The notes beneath the pieces are model-generated. The model was not told the origin of the DNA, ran no database searches, and was given only the letters and a program-made list of their open reading frames with translations. Source: a virus (taxonomy: Duplodnaviria; Caudoviricetes). From it: a stretch of DNA of 61,491 bases. Position numbers and translations under genes: made by a program. Location of the stretch: positions 1 through 61,491 of IMG/VR virus record IMGVR_UViG_3300042934_000313; one strand, 5' to 3'. Below, piece after piece: positions 57,141-61,491 of the stretch; within the stretch, counting starts at the first letter, position 1; the number at the start of each line of letters is the position of its first letter.

Positions 57141-57255
57141 GATTTCCTTCTCTCTCTCTCTTCTCTGTGGTTCGGACTTGGAGAAAGTCCGACTTTTTGG
57201 GTGCCGATTCGCGGGCACAGCAAGCACCCCGAGTTTCTTCGGGGTGCCCACTCTG

Positions 57256-57480
57256 TCAGCGAGGTTCGCCGTGGCAGATGCCTCCGGCATCCGCGATCTG
57301 GTCGGTGCACGCAGGGACGCCGTTGAAGGGGTCCGCGTGGTCGATCGCGAACTGTGCCGCCATGCCGAGGCAGAAGGCGACGAGTGACGCGACGATGACC
57401 GTGATCACGGCATCCCAGCGGACGAAGAATCCTGAGCGGTGACGCACGCGGTATCCGGTGCTGTCGACTTCGGTTTCCAT
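57256..57480 (-). CDS. Small membrane protein
   Basis: Single TM; (AG)n tract. Confidence 0.6.
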   Translation of the reverse strand: METEVDSTGYRVRHRSGFFVRWDAVITVIVASLVAFCLGMAAQFAIDHADPFNGVPACTDQIADAGGICHGEPR

Positions 57481-57530
57481 GAATCTCTCTCTCTTGTGTC
57501 GGTCCGGAAAGTCGGACTTTTTGGCTGGCT

Positions 57531-57686
57531 TCCCGGAGGGCGCGACAGACAGAGGCCGGACGCGGAAGTCCTAGGTCCGAGCGTTGAGCGGATATCCCGC
57601 CGCGCGGAGAGCGTGCCTGTCGTGCCGTCGAGAAAGTCAGACTTTTTCGAGTGAGACCCAGGCGCGTTGAAGCGCCCTGTCTGGGA
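57531..57686. ncRNA. Candidate structured non-coding element B
   Basis: No credible ORF; closing stem 57531-57543/57672-57686 with nested hairpins. Confidence 0.35.
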
Positions 57687-57688
57687 TG

Positions 57689-57981
57689 AGCGTTAGTCGC
57701 CAAGTCACGGCACGCCTGGTCAGCGATTGGTGAGTTCGTCCCACGTCGTGCCGTGGATTCGGTGCGCGTAGGACGCGCGAGCACGGACGAGGGATTCGGC
57801 GGGCGTCAGCATGGCGTCGCGTTCGAGGGCGGCACGCTCGGAGTTCGCCCGAGTGAAGTCGGGCGACGCGATGAGTGCGCCGAGTTCGTCGAAGGTGAAG
57901 CGGTACTCAGTCATGGTGCCTCGTTTCTGGAAAGTCTGGACTTTCTGGGAGAGGGCATGCCGTGGCTAAGCGACTAACGCT
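57689..57981 (-). repeat. Cassette 3: complementary arms 57954-57981 and 57689-57716 enclosing one gene
   Basis: 28-bp duplex on the - strand: 24 WC, 2 G.U, 2 mismatches. Confidence 0.85.
57720..57914 (-). CDS. Hypothetical protein (cassette 3 cargo)
   Basis: GAGG RBS. Confidence 0.65.
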   Translation of the reverse strand: MTEYRFTFDELGALIASPDFTRANSERAALERDAMLTPAESLVRARASYAHRIHGTTWDELTNR

Positions 57982-57987
57982 TGTCCG

Positions 57988-58386
57988 GTGAGTCAGTAGC
58001 CAAGTCACGGCACGCCAATGGATTAGATGCGGGAGAGTCGCTGGTATTCATTGTCGGCGGCGAGCATGCGCGCTTCCAGGAGGTCGACGCGATCGAAGTC
58101 GCGACGGTCCAGGGCGTTATCAGTGTGGTTGCTCAGCAGGATGCACAGATTGCTCAGGCGTCCGAGACGTGCCTCATCCGTCTCGCTGGGCGTGACGGTC
58201 ACCGTGAACCCGAGGTTCAGCAGGTGAGAGAGGGTCGCGTCGAGCACGGCACGGTTGATCGTTCGAGTCTGGTCAGTGCCACCCTCGAAGGGGGCGTGAA
58301 CAGTGAGAGTGATCATGTTGTCCTCGATTCTCAGAAAGTCTGGACTTTCTGGGTTGAGGCATGCCGTGGCTAAGCCACTGACTCAC
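57988..58386 (-). repeat. Cassette 2: complementary arms 58358-58386 and 57988-58016 enclosing one gene
   Basis: 29-bp duplex on the - strand: 24 WC, 3 G.U, 2 mismatches. Confidence 0.85.
58023..58316 (-). CDS. Hypothetical protein (cassette 2 cargo)
   Basis: GAGGA RBS. Confidence 0.65.
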   Translation of the reverse strand: MITLTVHAPFEGGTDQTRTINRAVLDATLSHLLNLGFTVTVTPSETDEARLGRLSNLCILLSNHTDNALDRRDFDRVDLLEARMLAADNEYQRLSRI

Positions 58387-58388
58387 TT

Positions 58389-59208
58389 TCGGATACGGGA
58401 TCGCTAGATAGTCCGGTCCCTCATGACGTGTGGAAGCGGTCGCTTCCGGTCAACACGTCGGTACTACGAGGGTGTTGCGGGACTACTCGGCGACGGAGAC
58501 GGCGGCGTTGGCCAGCAGGTCGCGCAGAGCGGCCTTCTGGTCGGCCGTCAGGCCGTCGAGCGTAGGGATCACCTGGAGGACGGCGACGATCGAGTCGAAC
58601 GTGATCGCCTCGTCGGCGTCCTTGTCGTTCGATCCACGAGCGCCCTTCTGATCGGCGTCGGCCTTCTTGTCGGCCTTCAACTTCTCCGTCTGCTTCTGGA
58701 ACGTCGAAGCAGGGTCGGCACCGTTCAGGATCGCCTCAATGGCGGGGATGACGTAGTTCTCTTCCTTCTTGCGGAAGGACTGCGACGCGAGGTTGAAGGA
58801 CGCCTTGGCGATGCCGTAGACATCGGCGTTCGTGGCCTCGTTGACGTCGACGTTCGCGCGGAGCATGTACTTCCACGCGTTGACCAGGTTGGTCACGCCG
58901 GGAACCGAGAGCGGTGCCTCGTGGTGACGACGGAGCGCCTCGTTGGCGTGCTTCGCGAACGTCTCCTTGAGTTCGGCCGCCTCTTTCCCTTCGGTCGAGC
59001 CGACGTACATGTACGTCAGACGTGCCTGGTGGAAGCGGAGCGAACCGCTGTCGGAGATGTTCGCGAACTCCTCGGCGATCTGGTCGATCGTCTTGGTCGC
59101 GGTCTGGACGGGGGCAGTTGCGGTCTTAGCCATGATGGCTCTCTCTTTCTGTCCAGAAAGTCTGGACTTTTTGAGAGGGACCGGACTACCTAGTCATCCC
59201 GTATCCGA
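58389..59208 (-). repeat. Cassette 1: complementary arms 59175-59208 and 58389-58422 enclosing one gene
   Basis: 34-bp duplex, 31/34 WC plus 1 G.U and a 2x2 internal loop. Confidence 0.9.
58483..59133 (-). CDS. Hypothetical protein (cassette 1 cargo, probable first early gene)
   Basis: 216 aa; strong codon bias; AGAAAGAGAGAG tract. Confidence 0.8.
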   Translation of the reverse strand: MAKTATAPVQTATKTIDQIAEEFANISDSGSLRFHQARLTYMYVGSTEGKEAAELKETFAKHANEALRRHHEAPLSVPGVTNLVNAWKYMLRANVDVNEATNADVYGIAKASFNLASQSFRKKEENYVIPAIEAILNGADPASTFQKQTEKLKADKKADADQKGARGSNDKDADEAITFDSIVAVLQVIPTLDGLTADQKAALRDLLANAAVSVAE

Positions 59209-59210
59209 GT

Positions 59211-59320
59211 CACTGAGAGACGCCGATGAGTGTCGGTATCGAGCCGCCAGGATTTTCCGGGTGGACCGAAGTCCAAGCCGTCAGCGGGGAGGCACCGATT
59301 GATGGGTGTCTCTCAGAGTG
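59211..59320 (-). ncRNA. Candidate structured non-coding element A
   Basis: Closing stem 59213-59224/59305-59316; internal UGGAC-UUCG-GUCCA hairpin on the - strand (59262-59275). Confidence 0.45.
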
Positions 59321-59853
59321 CGTTATCAGCAGAGGTATCCGGTCGCTGACCGCGTGTGCGGGGTCGTTGGATCATGCTGTCTCAGGCCATGCGGCCCGCG
59401 TTTTATCGGGGCTCAGACAATGCTGTAGCCACGCCCTCGCGTCGCGCGCGGGGGATTTTTTGAAAAAGTCCCGACTTTTTGGACCTCCAGTCCTCGTTTC
59501 GTTGTACCCCCAGTCTAGGGGTACAGCCCGCCGAATGCAACAGCGGCACTACGCTCTCCGTCTTGCTGTGCACATGCCTCATGGGGAACATAATGTGGTA
59601 CGGAATATACGAGGAGAGGTACAGACGTTATGTCCCACGGAATGGGCGGCGGGAGCCGCCAACACGGATGGTGCAGGGTCGAGAGTGGTGGGGGTAGAGC
59701 AGGGGGACTAGACAAGACAGAGGAAGATTCACGAGAGGGCCAAGAAAGCCCTGATCAGTAGCCGATACAAGGGCATCTAGGGGGATACCGCGCGTGAAAT
59801 ACCCCCATAGCGCGTACACTGCTAAGTGATACCTCCTACGATATGATTGAGGG

Positions 59854-60327
59854 ATGGAACAGCCGAGCAACGTCACTCCCCTCCGCCAGATCGGGCAGGT
59901 CATGGGTACCGGGGAACCGGTCCTGGGACCGAAGCCCTACACGGGGCAGAGACGCAAGGCGGCGAAGAAAGGACATCGCGTGGCCATGGTGGACTTCGAC
60001 CTCTTCATGCGGGTCGAGATGACGAACGCAGAGCACCAGGTGTACGCCGCGATCGTGCGGCACATCCCCGACCGGGGCGGCATCGAGTCGCGTATCGGCG
60101 TCGGCGAGATTGCCCAGATGCTCGGCGTCAAGCAGCCGAACGTCAGCCGCGTGATCAAGGACCTGCTGGAGCGCAACCTCATCCGCCGCGTCCGTCAGGG
60201 CGTCTGGCTGGTGAACCCGCACCTGGTCTACAACGGCGAGTTCGTGGAGTGGAACGAGAGCCTCTCGCACTGGGACGAGCCGGTCTATGCTCGTAACGTG
60301 GACCAGAACACGGGAGAGGTCAAGTAG
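59854..60327 (+). CDS. HTH DNA-binding protein (RepL/MarR-like winged helix)
   Basis: EIAQMLGVKQPNVSRVIKDLLERNLI...WLVNPHLVYNG; TATGAT 6 nt before the ATG (leaderless). Confidence 0.75.
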   Translation: MEQPSNVTPLRQIGQVMGTGEPVLGPKPYTGQRRKAAKKGHRVAMVDFDLFMRVEMTNAEHQVYAAIVRHIPDRGGIESRIGVGEIAQMLGVKQPNVSRVIKDLLERNLIRRVRQGVWLVNPHLVYNGEFVEWNESLSHWDEPVYARNVDQNTGEVK

Positions 60328-60329
60328 TC

Positions 60330-60539
60330 ATGGCGCAGAAGTGGCACTCACTGTCGAAGAACCAGATCAGCAACCTCAAGCGCGTCAAGGCGCGGCAGGA
60401 CATCTCCACCATCGCGGCCGTTGACCTCGAAGCCCTCCGGCTGGTCACCCTCCGCGACACCAACGACGGCACCGAGGTCTGGCTCACGGACCGCGGACGC
60501 GTCAGCATCATGACCGGCCGCGTACTGATCGACGTGTGA
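60330..60539 (+). CDS. Hypothetical protein
   Basis: L....LV.......LTDRGR winged-helix-like ending. Confidence 0.6.
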   Translation: MAQKWHSLSKNQISNLKRVKARQDISTIAAVDLEALRLVTLRDTNDGTEVWLTDRGRVSIMTGRVLIDV

Positions 60540-60540
60540 C

Positions 60541-60636
60541 ATGACTGGGGACCAGATCGTCACCGCCCTCTACGGCCTCTTCCTGATCGTCGGCGTGACG
60601 ATCACCTTCATCCTGGTCTGGAGGGACATGCCGTGA
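60541..60636 (+). CDS. Small membrane protein (31 aa)
   Basis: Hand-translated single TM; GTGA overlap. Confidence 0.5.
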   Translation: MTGDQIVTALYGLFLIVGVTITFILVWRDMP

Positions 60637-60815
60637 TCTACGACCCGAGTGACGTGAATATGGCCCTGAGGGAAGACCTCGTGCTGATGTACCGCGGAGT
60701 CCTGGACGTGGAGGCCGAGGGCAAGAAGGTGGGCGAGATTGAAGAGTGGTTCCCGCTCCACGAAATCCGCAAGGCGTCGAACCACCCCGACGACTTCACT
60801 CGCCCCTCGTGGTGA
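60633..60815 (+). CDS. Hypothetical protein
   Basis: Coupled ORF. Confidence 0.55.
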   Translation: MIYDPSDVNMALREDLVLMYRGVLDVEAEGKKVGEIEEWFPLHEIRKASNHPDDFTRPSW

Positions 60816-60992
60816 GCGTGGAAGAGCGGGTGGAGTAGGCGCGCAGAGTCGCCTCGTTCTTAAGCCCCTCGCCAACTGTCGAACACAAACCCGACAGATA
60901 CGACTCTCCCACTCGGTATGCAACTTTCTGCAAGTGCTGGTCAGGGGCCTCCACCCGCTCAGAGGGACAGCCTACCTGGTAATGTCCCACGT

Positions 60993-61148
60993 ATGGACTG
61001 GCAGATCACTGAGCACAGGGACGGGAACTACTACGTCGGGCTCGTGAGCGATGACGGCTCCGTCGTTCGCCAGCACCCCATCGAGTTCCTGAACATCCGC
61101 GAGGCGCACCGCGCGATCGACCGGCTGAACAAGCGCGACTTCGGCTAG
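60993..61148 (+). CDS. Hypothetical protein
   Basis: TGGTAATGT 7 nt before the ATG (leaderless). Confidence 0.55.
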   Translation: MDWQITEHRDGNYYVGLVSDDGSVVRQHPIEFLNIREAHRAIDRLNKRDFG

Positions 61149-61402
61149 TCGAGTTCCCGGATCGTCAGCCGATCGGCGAAGCCGGTCATCTCGACCTCGA
61201 AGCCCACCACCGCGTCGGGCTCGGCGAACCAGAAGCCGGGGTACTCGTGGACCTGGCCCTCTTCGACGACAGGGGTCAGCCGAAGCCGCATCATCCTGCC
61301 GGTAGTGAGGATCATCTCGCGGTCACCGCCGCCCAGCATGTGCGCCTGCACGGTGATGGTGGAACCGGCCGGGATGTAGAGGTTGGTCTGCTCAGCGCTC
61401 AC
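61145..61402 (-). CDS. Hypothetical protein
   Basis: Downstream of the RHH gene across the circular junction. Confidence 0.6.
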   Translation of the reverse strand: MSAEQTNLYIPAGSTITVQAHMLGGGDREMILTTGRMMRLRLTPVVEEGQVHEYPGFWFAEPDAVVGFEVEMTGFADRLTIRELD

Positions 61403-61491
61403 GACGTGCCTTCCGCTTCTTCTCTTCGCGGATCAGTCGACGGAGCGTCTCGCTGAGTTCCGGACCACCGGCAATCTCGCGCAGGTCGTCC

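Larger units (their letters stand above)
235..59478. promoter_or_regulatory. Dispersed palindrome AAAGTCn(n)GACTTT, at least 38 copies
   Basis: Perfect core starting at 235, 4669, 10123, 15701, 23570, 26886, 30815, 35890, 38349, 40401, 50550, 51386, 51977, 52340, 53354, 53786, 55283, 55893, 56642, 57184, 57508, 57633. One mismatch at 32796, 34347, 37210, 41508, 42138, 44036, 45681, 47408, 48954, 50154, 54602, 56497. 2-nt spacer at 57931, 58335, 59157, 59465. Confidence 0.95.

Noticed and set aside
30084-59133. Lysogeny module (integrase, repressor or parABS)
   Set aside because: No tyrosine or serine recombinase motifs and no ParA recognised; only an orphan ParB-like domain.
57689-59208. Cassette arms as IS/MITE terminal inverted repeats or invertible-segment sites
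   Set aside because: No transposase or invertase recognised, no target-site duplications, all cargo genes in one orientation, and the G.U pattern in cassettes 2 and 3 favours sense-strand RNA pairing. A DNA-level role is not fully excluded.
59211-59320. Hammerhead ribozyme or known riboswitch
   Set aside because: No intact CUGAnGA/GAAA core or recognisable aptamer consensus by eye; an Rfam search is needed.
235-59478. Palindromic repeats as a CRISPR array
   Set aside because: The copies are 13-14 nt, dispersed at irregular distances and often intragenic; there is no repeat-spacer periodicity.
61365-61491. 127-bp terminal direct repeat as a biological DTR
   Set aside because: The length equals a common assembler k-mer and it cuts through coding sequence, so it is best explained as circular contig overlap.

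Overview
This is a complete, circularly assembled genome of about 61,364 bp (bases 1-127 recur at 61365-61491) from a GC-rich actinobacterial siphophage. Its gene content and layout resemble Microbacterium-type phages, which is an inference from protein motifs only. The + strand (285-30083) carries terminase, portal, a MuF/protease fusion, a tRNA-Trp-like gene, capsid proteins, the tail module with a frameshifted chaperone, tape measure, minor tails, endolysin and holin. The - strand (about 30084-59133) carries roughly 65 mostly small genes, including a Cas4-like exonuclease, Rad52/Sak annealase, resolvase, SSB, RepA-like helicase with a putative origin next to it, and ParB-like, RHH, HNH, AAA+, SPFH and vWA proteins. 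I recognised no integrase, immunity repressor, DNA polymerase or primase. Two non-coding features stand out. (1) At 57689-59208, three consecutive genes are each enclosed by their own pair of 28-34 nt complementary arms that covary between cassettes, abut one another and are bracketed by ORF-free structured elements. (2) An AT-rich palindrome, AAAGTCnGACTTT, occurs in at least 38 copies found by eye, in promoters, stop/start junctions and inside CDSs. A 2-nt-spacer variant is confined to the cassette region. All product calls rest on visual motif recognition and synteny; no searches were run.
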